Made by a program: the position numbers and the translations under genes. A stretch of DNA of 63,522 bases, the filler included, from Chiloscyllium plagiosum (taxonomy: Eukaryota), in assembly GCF_004010195.1 (NCBI RefSeq). It is 4 parts of 2 records of this genome, joined end to end, with 100 filler letters (N's around TTAATTAATTAA, not from the genome) between each part and the next. Parts side by side here need not be neighbours in the genome. Positions count along the whole stretch, not along the records: positions 22,169 to 42,883 come from NC_057711.1; 3 more parts are not named here. One strand, given 5' to 3'. Shown here piece by piece: positions 24,128-36,830 of this stretch (its first letter is position 1; each line of letters begins with the position of its first letter). The notes under the pieces were generated by a model, which had not been told where the DNA came from, made no database searches, and saw only the letters and a program-made list of their open reading frames with translations.

Positions 24128-25620
24128 AGAAACATAGAAACTAGGACCATGAGTAGGCCATTTGGCCCTTTGATCCTTCTCTGCTATTTGATAGGATCAT
24201 GGTTGATCCTCTATCTCAATGTCATGTTCCTGCTTTCTCTCCATACCCCTTGATACCTTAAAAACCTAAACATTTATATGTCTCTATCTTGGATATATTC
24301 AGTGACTTCACCTCCACAGCCTTGCGCGATCAAGAATTCCACAGGTTCAGTATTCTTCGAGTGAAGAAATGTTTCTTAATCTCAGTCCTAAATGGATTAC
24401 CCGTATGCTGAGATTGTATACCCTAGGTTCTAGACTCCTCAATTAGTGAAAACATTTTCCCATATCTAGTCCTTCCCTGTTAGAATTTTATACATTACAA
24501 TCGGGTACCTTTCAACCCTCTATAATGTAGCGAATAAAAGCCCAGTTGAACAAATCTCTCCCCATAAAGCTGTTCCAGATGAGACGCCTGGTTCTGTGTC
24601 CTCAGCAATTAACATTAAATCCGAATAACTGTACAGTAATTCTTTACCAACTATTTCATAAACTACCTCAGTATTAATCACGTGAACCCTTGCAAGTTCT
24701 TTGGCAAGTACATCCTTTCTTAGGTAGGGAGACCAAAACTGCACACAATACTCCAATTGTGGTATCACCAAGGCCCTGTGTAATTGCTGAAAAACAGCTC
24801 TACTTCTGAACTTGAATCCTCTTGTAATGAAGGCCAATATGCCATTTGCCTTCTTAATTGCTTGCTGCACCTGTCTATCTACTTCTATGACAGATATACA
24901 AGGACATCTAGCTCCCATTGTACATTCTCACTTCCAAGTATATCACCATTGAAATAATACTCTTCCTTTCACACTAAAGTGTATAACTTGTTGTACTGTA
25001 TCTGCCGTTTGCTTGCCAACTCACTCAACTTGTCGAAATCTACTTCAAATCTCCGGGCATCCTCCTTGCAATCCCATCCAGTTTTGGATTGTCAGCAAAT
25101 TTGGAAATGTCGTATTAGTCATTTATATACATGGTGAGTAACTGGAGGCTAAGCACCGGTCCTTATGGTACCCCACTATTCACAGCCTACAACCCAGAAG
25201 ACCCATTTTATTCCCACTCTCTGTTTCCTGTTTGTCAACCAATTCTGAGTCTAGGCTAATGTATTAGGCCCATCCCATGTGCTTTAATTTTGCCCATTAA
25301 CCTTCTTTGAGTGACCTTATCAAAATTCTTCTGAGATACCAAATACACTATATCTACTGGTTCTCCGTTATCTATTCTATTCATTATATCCTCAAAGAAT
25401 GCCAGTGGATTTGTTAAGCATGATTTGCCTTTCATAAACCTAAGCTGGCTTTGCCCAATCCAATGAATACTCTCCAAATTTTCTGTTATCACAACTTTGA
25501 AAATAGACTCAAACATTTTCTCCACTACTCATATTGTAATTCTCTGCTTTTTCTCTCCCTCCCTTATTAAGTACTAGGATTACATTTGTCACTGTCCAAC
25601 CTACAGGAATTGCTTCAGAG
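24128..25620 (-). mobile_element. CR1 LINE ORF2 3' half
   Basis: ORFs 24520-24918 (KKANGILAFI, LEYCVQFWSPYLRKD) and 25256-25525; tail (agaaacat)n. Confidence 0.9.
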
Positions 25621-25629
25621 TTTTTCATT

Positions 25630-25932
25630 TTCTGTGTGTGTGTGTGCATTATTAGTTCTTCTTTCATTTAGTAACTAATAAACTCAGTCTTTGTTAACTC
25701 AAGAAAGTCTCATTGAATTGGCTCCTTTTAAAGCAAATTTATTTAGCCTGGGCAAAAAGTATCCACAAGGGAAGGGATCCTAAATAAATTAATCTTGCTG
25801 TCACCAACTGAGGGGGCAGGTGTATAAAGAAGGAGAACCAGTTCATCCTTCCACTGGAGAGCTAGTCTATTTGGGATATCCCATCTAAAATGTAATAAAT
25901 TGGAGAACCTCATCTGGGAAATGGTCGTAACA
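25630..25932 (+). mobile_element. Possible LTR 3' portion
   Basis: AATAAA near 25677, ends in cgtaaca; no internal region seen. Confidence 0.3.
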
Positions 25933-27339
25933 AGTTAAAAAAGTTTGGGACAGAATCATTGCTGCAAAAGTAATTCAAAAATCAACAAGCAGACACGACA
26001 TTCCTAATCCATCAACGCCTAAGGCTTTCCACAGTAAGGCTCTTTGCGTTAAGATGTCATTCAGTGATATTATATTCTGATCACATCTCTCAATGTAATT
26101 CAAATATTTTGCCCTCTGAGTAAATGTTAAAACAGGGAACCCACCTGGAAAAGTGCACTCCAGCCGGGCTCACTGTCTGCTCAGCCGGATGAACCCAAAG
26201 AACAGCTGTGCAAAGTCAAAAGTCCAACATTGTGCTGTGTTCTGAATAAACCTGTTGGTTCTTTGTGTGCCATCTATCAGCACGCTCAGTCAGGAGTAAT
26301 GATAGTGCTGTCTCCAAGGATTGTTCATAGTCAATTCAATATTGAGTTTCTCCTTGTCTCCCATACAACTATCAACATTTCACCATTCTCAAGCATGAAA
26401 AGTAAACTGAAATATGAGTGGTGTGCACTTTGTGTATAGTTCAGACAGGGTGGTTTGATCATGGTGTCTGCTCTGGCTCTGTTACTGGAGGAGGTTCTGA
26501 TATAGTAAAGAGAGAATACAATGTAATTATGTTATACAGTTTTCTGATGTGGACTGTGTTCAGTTGTCTCATTCCCATGTCTATCATTTCATATGTTTAT
26601 TGATTGTAGTTTTTTCACATAGGGAGAATTTAGCTTTGATGCAAGGAAGGGGTTGGAATGGGTCAGTCCACTGAGCTGATTATTGGTAGAGTTGAATGTG
26701 ACAGCATGCCGATGGGGTGCCAGGGCTACTAGTTATATCTGGATTTGTGCACAATGGGTCTGCAAGTAATTGCCAGCCTCAAGCATCGCTCAGAATCATC
26801 TTCCCCCATTACTCAGCCAATACATAGAGCTGCCCTGTAGCATTACTTGTAGTGAGTTGGAGGATATACTGCTTTATATCAACAGAGTGCATCAACAATA
26901 AATGACAAGGAATAAATTATGGGTAGGAAATATGTTAAAAGACTACTATATTATCAATACAAAGTCCTTTAGTGAATGCAATGCATTAATATATACACAG
27001 CACCTAAACAAATCTTCCACATAGAATTACATAAAAACTGCAAAATAATTCCAGGTTACCTGGGTCAACCAACGTGCCAGTTTTTATTTTTTCAAAAGGA
27101 CAAAGTGCCTTCTCTGTTTCTTATCTCTTCATCTTCCTTTCTTCAAACAGCCTATCTAACTGATTCTCAATACTAATGGCTCTCTATTTCAGTCACTAAC
27201 CATAGTATCACAACTTGTGTCAAAACACTTTCACCCAATGTTATAAACGCTTTAATTTATCCTTATGTTTGTGTTCTCTTGTTCCAGACACTCAACAACA
27301 TGAACTGTCGATTGTATCTGTTCTCTTCTGTTCCTTCAT

Positions 27340-28330
27340 TATCTTAAACAAATTTAGCTAACTGCCTCTTAATTTCCTCAGTTTCAACAAAAACAAACAC
27401 AATTTTTGAGTCTTTCCTTATATTAGTTTTTTCTCATACCAGGCAGCTTTCTATTTGATCTGTCCCGTACTATATTAATAGATACATAATCTGGTATCTG
27501 GTATGTGGTGTAATCCATAGGATTTATAATTTAAAATCACTTGGACAAGATAAATTATTAATTTGCATAGCATAATAGAGATATTAAAATGATAAATGAT
27601 TTCAACAGGGTAAATATAGAGAAATAATTTTCTTTGGTAAGAGAATCTGGATCAATATAAGAACAAAGGTACATGGGACTTAGAAGCATGAATAGGTCAT
27701 TCAGCCCTTCCAGCCTACTCCACCAGTTAAAATTATAGCTAATTTAGTTGTTGTCTCAACTCCACATCCCAACTTTCCAGTCTTTGACACCTTTGTCTAT
27801 CAAAAGTATATTTAGCTCAGCCATTAATAATTTCAATGGCCTCCACTATTTTCTAGGAATGAGCATTCCACACACTCATGACCCTCCAAGAGAAAAGATA
27901 TTTCTTCATGTCAGTCTTCAATAGGAGACCCTTAATTTTTAAATGGTGTTCCTGATTCTAAACTGCCCCACAAGGGAAAATACCCCCTCAGCATCCCCCA
28001 CGTCAAGTTCCATCAAGGTCTTATTTGTTGCAATATGGTCATATCTAATTCTTGTCAATTCCAATGGGTAGAGGCCCAGCTTGCCCAACCTTTCCTCAAA
28101 ATCATCCCTTAATATCAGGGATCAGTTGAGCAAAGATCCTCTGAACTGCTTCTAAAGTAATTATATGTTTTTTTCACATAGGAAAACCAAAGTGGCATCA
28201 CCATTAGATTAGAAGTAGGCCATTCAGGGATTCTATGATTCGGAAGTGACCCTGGTAAACTGATAGTGGAAATCTGAAACTTGCTCTCCTAAAATCCGGG
28301 GATTATGAAATTTTCAAGGCTTTGATCCAT
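27340..28330. mobile_element. Old CR1 3' fragments, both orientations
   Basis: Decayed CR1 3' UTR and ORF2-end motifs. Confidence 0.6.
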
Positions 28331-28364
28331 AAAGTTTGTGCAAGCATGACTCCAGATTCCTGGT

Positions 28365-28812
28365 GGCTTGCCATTTTAATTCTCCATCATGCTTACTTGT
28401 TGACATTTCCTGTGCCATTTCAGTAAAACTCAATTCAAGCTCAGGAACACCCCCTCAGCTTTCACTGAGGCACTTTGCAGCCTTTCAGACTCAACACTGA
28501 GTTCAACAATTTCAGACCTTAGCCCTTCTCCTAATTTTGTTAGTTGTTTTGCAGGTACTGGTCTTAATCTTGTTTTTCATGTTGTTACTTTCAGACACAA
28601 CTATTCATTAATCTGTTATTCAGATCCTCCCTGGTCAAATCTTTTGTTTCTTCACGACATCGATTACCTCTGTCTGCCTTTGTACCACCAGCTATCTTGT
28701 CAGTTAATCATTAATGCTCTTCAGCCTATCACAGACCTTCTTTTGCGTTCTACCTTCCCTCCATTCAATTGCTCAAGATGTTTATTTCTACTTTCTTTCC
28801 ATGCTGATGAAA
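28365..28812 (+). mobile_element. Old Penelope-like element 3' end
   Basis: Decayed KL.EH..F.LGTLQP.GLN.EFNNF motif at ~28435-28515; ends at ctgatgaa (hammerhead start). Confidence 0.6.
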
Positions 28813-28852
28813 TATATATTGGGCTGGGTATTATATGCCTGCACCAGGTCTG

Positions 28853-29352
28853 GGAGAAAGTGAGGACTGCAGATCCGAGTCAAGAGTGTGGTGCTGGAAA
28901 AGCACAGCAGGTCAGGCAGCATCCGAGGTGCATGAGAATCAACATTTGGGCATAAGCTTTTCATCAGGAATGAGGCGTCCACAATGATCCCATGTGGTTG
29001 TAGGATCCCATGGCGGAATATGAGACGCACTTCCTTCGGTGGTGAGAGTTTGGCAATTGCCAATGTAGATTTCACCAGTTTCCTCATTTCCCCTCCCCCT
29101 ACATTATCCCAGGCCCAAGCCTCCAACTCGGCACCGCCCTCTTGACCTGCCCATCACCTTTCCCATCTGTCTGCTCCACTCTCCTCTCCGACCTATCCAC
29201 TTCCCCTCAATCCCACACCCCTCCCACTAATCTCTCAGACCCCCAGCCCACAAGCCTCATTCCTAATGAAGGGCCTATGCCCAAAATATCGATTCTCTTG
29301 CTCCTTGGATGCTGCCTGACCTGCTGTGCTTTTCCAGCACCACATTCTCAAC
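28853..29352. mobile_element. Penelope-like element with inverted 5' pLTR, inverted GIY-YIG end and forward pLTR
   Basis: ORF 28788-29126 contains EVRLIFRHGILQPHGIIVD; decayed hammerheads on both arms; approximate TSD caccag(g/a)tctgg. Confidence 0.8.
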
Positions 29353-29977
29353 CCTCACCAGATCTGGTTTGGCAGGGCTGGAGGCATTAATATAGTTTAG
29401 GTGGCTACCCCACCACCCACTGTAGCTTATCCCATAACACAAGGGATATGTGTGTCTGTGTGTGTGTGTGAGAAAATTGACAACCTTCCTGCCACATGTA
29501 GATAAATAATTAAGGGTCTCTTAAGCTGGTCCAAAACTCAATTAGCCATAGTAGTACCCTGTCCATGCTATAATAAATTTAGTGTGGGCAGGTGATTGTT
29601 TTAAATGTTTTCTTAAAAAGGCAGGAAGCAAGATGGTGATCTCCAGGGAGTGTTTTTTGTACATCCAGGTAGCCACTCCAAATAACAGGACTCCCACTTC
29701 CTTGTTCTCTGTCTGTACTACGAACCCACTACCTCTATCCTTCACCTATCCTGCTACCCAATATGCCCAATTCTATCCTGTCAATACCCCTGATTTATCT
29801 TGGTCCAGACCCCTGGCTGCCATCCTTACAGTTTTGCCTGTAGTCCTGGCAATGGTCACTACCAAATGCTGGCACTACCAGGGCATTTTCCCACTGAGGG
29901 GCAGAAGTCATCTTGCTACGACCACCCACAGCATACCATCCAGATTTGGTCCATTGGATTCTGACAAGCCATTTAAA

Positions 29978-31387
29978 GAACAAAGAACAAAGAAAGAACA
30001 AAGAAAACTTACAGCCCAGGTACAGGCCCTTCAGCCCTCCAAGCCTGAGCCGATCCAAATCTACTGTCTAAACCTATCACCCAATTCCTAAACATCTGTA
30101 TCCCTCTGCTACCCACCTACTCATGCATCTGTCCACACACACCTTAAATGAATCTACTGTGCCTGCCTCTACCACCTCTGCTGGCAACGCATTCCAGACA
30201 CCCACCACCCTCTGTGTAAAGTACTTGCCGCGTGTATCCCCCTTAAACTTTTCACTTCTCACCTTGAACACATGACCTCTCATTATTGAATCCATCATCC
30301 TGGGAAAAAGCTTATCTGTATCCACCCTGTCAATACCCTTAATGATTTTGTAGACCTCATCAGGTTCCCCCCTCAATCTCCTTTTCTCTAATGAAAACAA
30401 TCCTAACCTACTCAACCTCTCTTCATAGCTATTACGTTCCATACCAGGCAACATCCTCATAAACCTTCTCTGCACCCTCTCCAAAGCATCCACATCCTTT
30501 TGGTAATGTGGCGACCAGAACTGTACACAGTATTTTAAATACGGCTAAACAAATGTCTTGTACAATTTTAACATGACCTGTCAGCTCTTATACTCAATAC
30601 CCCGTCCGATGAAGGCAAGCATACTAGATGCCTTCTTGACCACTCTATTCACTTGTGCAGCCAGCTTAAGGGTACAATGGACCTGAACTTCCAGATCTCT
30701 TCCGTTTACAGTATAGTTCGCTCTCGAATTAGACTTCCCAAAATGCATCACATCACATTTGTCTGGATTGAACTCCATCTGCCACTTCTCCACCCAACTC
30801 TCCAGTCGATCTACATCCTCCTGTATTCTTTGACAGTCCCTTATGCTTTCTGCTACTTCACCAATCTTCGTGTCATCTGCAAACTTACTGATCATACCAA
30901 CAGTGCCCTCTTCTAGATCATTTATGTACATTACAAACAACAGTGGACACAGCACTGACCCCTGTGGAACACCACTGGTCACCTTTCTCCATTTTGAAAA
31001 ACTCCCTTCAACTACTACTCTCTGTCTCCTGTTGCTCAACCAGTTCTTTATCCACCTAGCTAGAACATCCTGCACACCATGTGACTTCACTTTCTCCATT
31101 AGTTTAGCGTCGGGAGCCTTATCAAATGCCTTACTAAAGTCCCATGTATATGACATCAACAGCCCTTCCTTCATCTAACAACTTGGTAACTTCCTCAAAG
31201 AACTCTTTTAAGTTGGTAAGGCATGATCTCCCCTGCACAAAACCATGTTGTCTATCATGGATAAGCCCTTCGTTTCCAAATATAAATAGATTTTATCCCT
31301 CAGTACCTTCTCCAGCAACTTTCCCACCACTGACATCAGGCTCACTTGCCTGTAGTTTTCTGGAATATCCCTACTACCCTTCTTGTA
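29978..31387 (-). mobile_element. CR1 LINE ORF2 RT plus 3' UTR
   Basis: ORFs 30581-31174 (GVPQGSVL, ISKFADDTK) and 30077-30493; tail (aaagaac)n. Confidence 0.95.
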
Positions 31388-32903
31388 TTTGTTAGGGGCT
31401 CAGTGGATATCCAAGAATAAAATCCCCATCCTCAAATAGGGTCGGTATGCCAGACGTAGGCTTGGGATTCCAAGTAGAATCTATGTTCTTTATTTTACAG
31501 CGTGGTTGCTTTAACCCTGTTTGTATATTCCTCAGTCTTACACTGTTTCTCATGCCCCTTTTACTTTTTTCATCTACCCATTCACAGTCAGCTACGAACA
31601 CCTCCCAGCTTTTGGGAGTTTCATGCTCCATCCATATATACCTCCATCCCCCAGTGACATGCAGAATTCCTCCAACTGGCCAGTAATTCCTTCCATTCTG
31701 TAGTTAGCAACGAATTAATGCAGCCATGCTTCAAATTACCCATGAGGCAATGAGACAGGTCACTGACAATGTGTAAAGGGATAAAACCAAACGATCCTGC
31801 CAATTAATTCTGATTTTGTGATTCAGGGCTAATACAATTGATTATTAAAACATAACAAATAAAATAATCATTGTCTGTAATTCAGAGGTGGAAATTAAAC
31901 AAGTGACTAAGACATTTTAAAAGTCATCAATATAAACTGGAAATTCATTTATTCAGTATTCAATATTTAAAATGTAAAATGCATATAGTTTCCAACTCTG
32001 AAATCCATTATAGTTACCTGGTTCGAGTCCCTTAATGTAAATCCCATATTAGGTTCCTTAAGCGGTCCTGACCAGTCATTGCTCATTTACAATGCTATAG
32101 GTCGTGAAATGACTGCAGCTGCATTAAAAGGTCTTGTCTACTCACATGAGAACCAACAAACCTCTAATGCACGAATAATGGCCGAATCCAAAGACACAGA
32201 TGTTAATAATAGGATGTTAATTTTGTTACATGATTTATCACAACCTAGTGTTGAACTGAAACTTCAGTTGTCATTGAGGGAGGGGAATTGATATAAAATA
32301 AAGCTACGACTGGCACACCATAATCATCAATGAAACACAGCAGTCTTAAAGTGGAAACAAACGAGTCTGAAACAAAAATTAAATCCGCTAGTATCATTTT
32401 CTGAAAACAATGCTATTGGTATTTTGGATCTATCTTTATACTTCGAGTTTTACAAAATTTAACTAAATTAAATAAGGTTCATGCAATTCCTCCACTCAAT
32501 GAGCAAATGTTAAAGTCTGAAGTGATTTTCCTCAATGTTAGGTTTAGGTTATAACTAAAATTGAGCAGAGACCTGCTCTCATCCTGGAACAGAATGATTC
32601 TGCACCCGAGGCCCAGATTTTGTGCTACTGCTTTACTTCTTTTGGTCAATTCTTTCATTAGTACAACACCTAGGGGTGAGAGGGGTGGAAATGATCTTTG
32701 GTAGTCGCATGAAATAATGGGGAATTTGAGAGCAAGTTTATACTGATGTCAAATGGTGCAGAATCAAAGGAGAAGACTTTTTAAAAAAAGATTATAATGT
32801 CATCTTCCTCCGTATTAAACTGATTTGAAATTAAATAAGGTTGGCTTTCACGTAAGCAAAAAAGTGATTAGTTAGAAATTGACAGTAGGGCAATCATGGC
32901 CTG

Positions 32904-33026
32904 TAAGAAGGGCTTTTGCCCGAAATGTCGATTTTCCTGCTCCTCAGATGCTGCCTGACCTGCTGTGCTTTTCCAGCACCACTCAAATCTTGACTCTAAT
33001 CTCCGGCATCTGCAGTACCCACTTCC
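32904..33026 (+). mobile_element. Solo Penelope-derived pLTR insert
   Basis: 11-bp TSD atcatggcctg (32893-32903 / 33027-33037); begins agaagggcttttgcccgaaatgtcg. Confidence 0.85.
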
Positions 33027-33495
33027 ATCATGGCCTGATGCTCCATACAGTTAGGAATCCAGTTGCTTTTCCTAAATAACAGTGTTCTACATGCTTGACA
33101 TTGACTTAAGGTAGGAACCCTTCCTGATAGGGTCAGATTGACAGTAAATATTACATCTGATACCTAAATTTCTTGTATATTCAAGCCAAATCACAGCAAA
33201 AACTGACTTCAGGTAGAAATTATGTCAAACTATTTGAAGTATTCATCTTCTTTTCAAGACAAAAATTCTGGTTTCCATTTTGAAATCAGTAGAAACCCCA
33301 AGTCGGCAGCTATTGCATATTCTGTAAATTATGAAAAGTTGATAACAATTAAGTGCAGAACCAGGATTTTGGGCTTGTAATTCCATTAAGAACCAGTGTC
33401 TAAGGAGTTGAAATTTGGGTTGTAATTTGAGATTCCCTGATGAGAGGAAACATCCTCTCTGCATTTTTTCACCCCTCAGGATTTTAAATATTTCA

Positions 33496-33803
33496 AGATT
33501 AGATTACTTACAGTGTGGAAACAGACCCTTCGGCCCAATAAGTCCACACCGCCCCGCCGAAGCGCAACCCACCCATACCCCTACATTCACCCCTTACCTA
33601 ACACTACGGGCAATTTAGCATGGTCAATTCACCTGACCTGCACATCTTTGGACTATGGGAGGAAACCGGAGCAGCTGGAGGAAACCCACGCAGACATGGG
33701 GAGAACATGCAAACTCCACACAGTCAGTCGCCTGAGGCGGGAATTGAACCCGGGTCTGGCGCTGTGAGGCAGCAGTGCTAACCACTGTGCCACCATGCCG
33801 CCC
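33496..33803 (-). mobile_element. HE1-type SINE, full length
   Basis: Reverse complement of head gggcggcatggtggcacagtggttagcactgc; tail (aatct)n. Confidence 0.92.
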
Positions 33804-34577
33804 ACTTCTCTTATCTTTAATATTTCAAAGTGTATGGGCCCAACATACACAACTCTTTCTCATAAAGCAATCCCTCCATCTCAAAAATCACTCAAGCAAA
33901 CCATTTCCTGAGTTGCTTCCAATCGGAGTTTATCCCTCCTGAAGTAAAAAAATCAGACACAGTACATGAAGTGTACTGACAATGATACTGCCTTCAACCT
34001 CTCATGTGAAGGGTGTGTCTCTGAGGGACACCCAGGATTACATTGAAAATTTTGATCAGAGCATCCTTACATGGGCTAAATGAAACTCTTAACATCTAAG
34101 AACAAATATTGGTGGACATGGGGCATTTGGATTAACATTAGCTGGTGGAGATTAGCTGGATGGTGAGTTCAGAGAGGCATTACTTGCTGCAGGACTCCGT
34201 GTCACTGACCTGCTCTTGTAGCTGTTGTATTTGTGTGGCTAATCCAAGTTCAGTTTCTGGTCAATGGTAACCCCCAGAATGGTAATAGTGGGGGATTCGG
34301 TTTACTTACTGTGTTTAACACAGCACAAAGTCGTGAGGCACTTCAAATGAATATAATGAAACAACATTTTCCACCAACCTTTACACAACGCCCACTGCTA
34401 AATCAAGTTGTAAATGTTAAAGCTGCACTCCCATGGAAGTTGCCAATCAGTGTGGGAGGTGGTTCATACTTGTTGGATCTGATTGACAGAAGTTTAGCAG
34501 AGTCAGGAAGAAGAAAATTCTTGAGCCACAACAGTCAGCCTGCTCAATACACATTCCTACAGAGGGATGCGATAATT

Positions 34578-34900
34578 ATAGAATCCCCACAGTGTGGAAG
34601 CAAGCCATTTGGCCCATCAAGTCCATACTGATCATCCCACCCAGAACCATCCCATTCCTATAACCCTGCATTTCCCATGGCTAATCCACCTCGCTTGCAT
34701 ATCCCTAATATCATAGGCAATTTAGTATGACCAATCCACCTAACCTGCCCATCTTTGGTCTGTGGGAGGAAACCGGAGCACCCGGAGGAAACTCACGCAG
34801 ACAAGGGAAGAATGTGCAAACTCCACACAGTCACCTGAGGGTAGAATTGAACTTGGGTCCCTGGTGTTGTGAGGCAACAGTGTTAAATATTGAGCCACTG
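34578..34900 (-). mobile_element. HE1-related SINE, older
   Basis: tgtgggaggaaaccggagcacccggaggaaac central domain. Confidence 0.8.
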
Positions 34901-36830
34901 CATTGCTCCAGTGTATTGGGATGTTGTGTATGTTGTTATATTCTTCTTAACCAGTCCTCTGAGACTGATTAGAACTTTCTTCCACTCAGAGGCTGTGGGT
35001 CCTGAGGGGATTAAAGGGTCCAGTGCTGGATTCGCATTCCCTTTAAGGATGGGGCATGTGGTATTTGAAGGGGTGGTAGGTGGTTTGCTCAGGTTTTCAC
35101 ATGCTCCCTCCCATGTTTGTGCTAGTCTCCACCTGGGCTCAGTCAGAAATGCTCAAGATGGTTGGCACTTTGGCAGATACTTCTTCAGTTGGGATACTTG
35201 CATAAGGGATTCCCATGAGTTGGTGGGACTATTGCAATTTTTCATATTAGTGTTTCTCTGACCTCCTGGGAATTGCTTGCCACGGTGGAGCTCAGAGTAG
35301 ACAACTTGTTTGGAAGTTTTATGTCAGGTATACAGATGATGGTGCCTGCTCAACAAGATTATTGACAGTAGCCAATGCTTTGATGCTGGGGATGCTGGCC
35401 TGAAAGAAGTTGCTGATTTTAAAGCATGTATCCTGCCACTGAATTTGCTGGACTTTGCAGAGGCATTGCTGGTAATATTTCTCTGGGGAATTACAATCTC
35501 TGCTGTCTCCTGCTTCTTGGATGCTGCCTGACCGGCTCAACTTTTCCAGCACCACACCTTTTGACTCTGATCTCCAGCATCTGCAGTCCTTACTTTCTCC
35601 TATATATACAGAAGGGCAGGTAACAGAACAGCACTGCAAACCATGAGATTAGTGCTCAGTTTGAGGTCTTTGTCATCAAACACTCTTGTCCCTCAGACAG
35701 CCAAAGGCCGGATGTGATGTTGAATTTCATCATCAATGTCTGTGCTCATAGAAAAGGAATTATCAAATATATGAGAATTGATTCACATTGTTCAGTGGCT
35801 TGCCATGAATCTTGAGAACTGGGGACAGAGTGGTGTAGCTGGAGGAAGCTGCTAGAGGACGTTTGTCTTGTAGATGTTTAGCCCATGGAGGCCTATTCTC
35901 TCATTGACCTCGCTGAACGCATCAATGATGCTTTGGAGCTCAGCCACTCAGTCTGGATACTGAAGCTCAATGGCAGTGTTTGAGGTGGTCTTAGTTCTGG
36001 ACTGGAGGCATCACTGGTTGAATAGTTTCCTGCTCTTCCTGTTGAAAAGCTCTACTTCAGCAGGAAGGTTCATGGATATGATTAGATTAGATTCCCTACA
36101 CTGTGGAAACAGGCCCTTCAGCCCAACAAGTCCAAACCGACCCTCCGAAGAGTAATCCACCCGGACCCATTTCCCTCTGACTAATGCACCTAACACTATG
36201 GGCAATTTAGCATGGCCAATCCACCTGACCTGCACATCTTTGGACTGTGGGAGGAAACTGGAGCCCCCGGAGGAAACCCACGCAGACACCGTAAAAGGTA
36301 CTAAGAAATGTGTAACCCAAAAACTGAGCTTTACTGTTGCCCAAAACTTTAACACCCCTCCAATGCACACAGAATACAGATTAATCTGATCGTTTGGGAG
36401 GGAAACCCCAACCCCATTCCCAGGTAGACACAAGAGAATGTGCAAACTCCACACAGACAGTCATCTGAGGCTGGAATTGAACCTGGGTCCCTGGTGCTGT
36501 GAGGCCACAGTGTTAACCACTGAGCCACAGTGCCAGGATAATTAGTGCAAAAACATAGTCTTTCTTGACCTCAGTTTGCACACATATTTGGTCTGTGGTG
36601 GATCAGTTGATAAGGATCATGGCTTCCATATTGTTATGCAATAAATTTCTCTCACAGTTGATTGAATTGAAGGCTTTTAGGTGTCAAAGGCTGCCATGAA
36701 TAAAGGTTACTGCTGCTTTCTACACTTGTTTTGGACATGTCTTGCTGTGACAATCATGTGCGCTGCGTCTCTTGAGGGACAGAATCTACGTTCTATTCAG
36801 TTAACTCCAGCATGTTACAGAATGTTTGAA
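34900..36830 (-). mobile_element. Decayed RTE-clade LINE, interrupted by a Penelope pLTR (35506-35602) and an HE1 SINE (36082-36534)
   Basis: Minus-strand RTE-like motifs (QQCLCKVQQIQWQD, ASIPSIKA) and a quantity of frameshifted RT sequence. Confidence 0.6.
36082..36534 (-). mobile_element. HE1-type SINE containing a 136-bp insertion
   Basis: Head and tail intact; insert 36290-36425 flanked by agacac. Confidence 0.88.

Noticed and set aside
29582..30091. 169-aa ORF
   Set aside because: No recognisable domain, non-ATG start, and it runs into a CR1 tail
33690..33803. tRNA gene-like sequences (also 4508, 13351, 43389)
   Set aside because: They are tRNA-derived SINE heads continuing into SINE bodies and do not form complete cloverleaves
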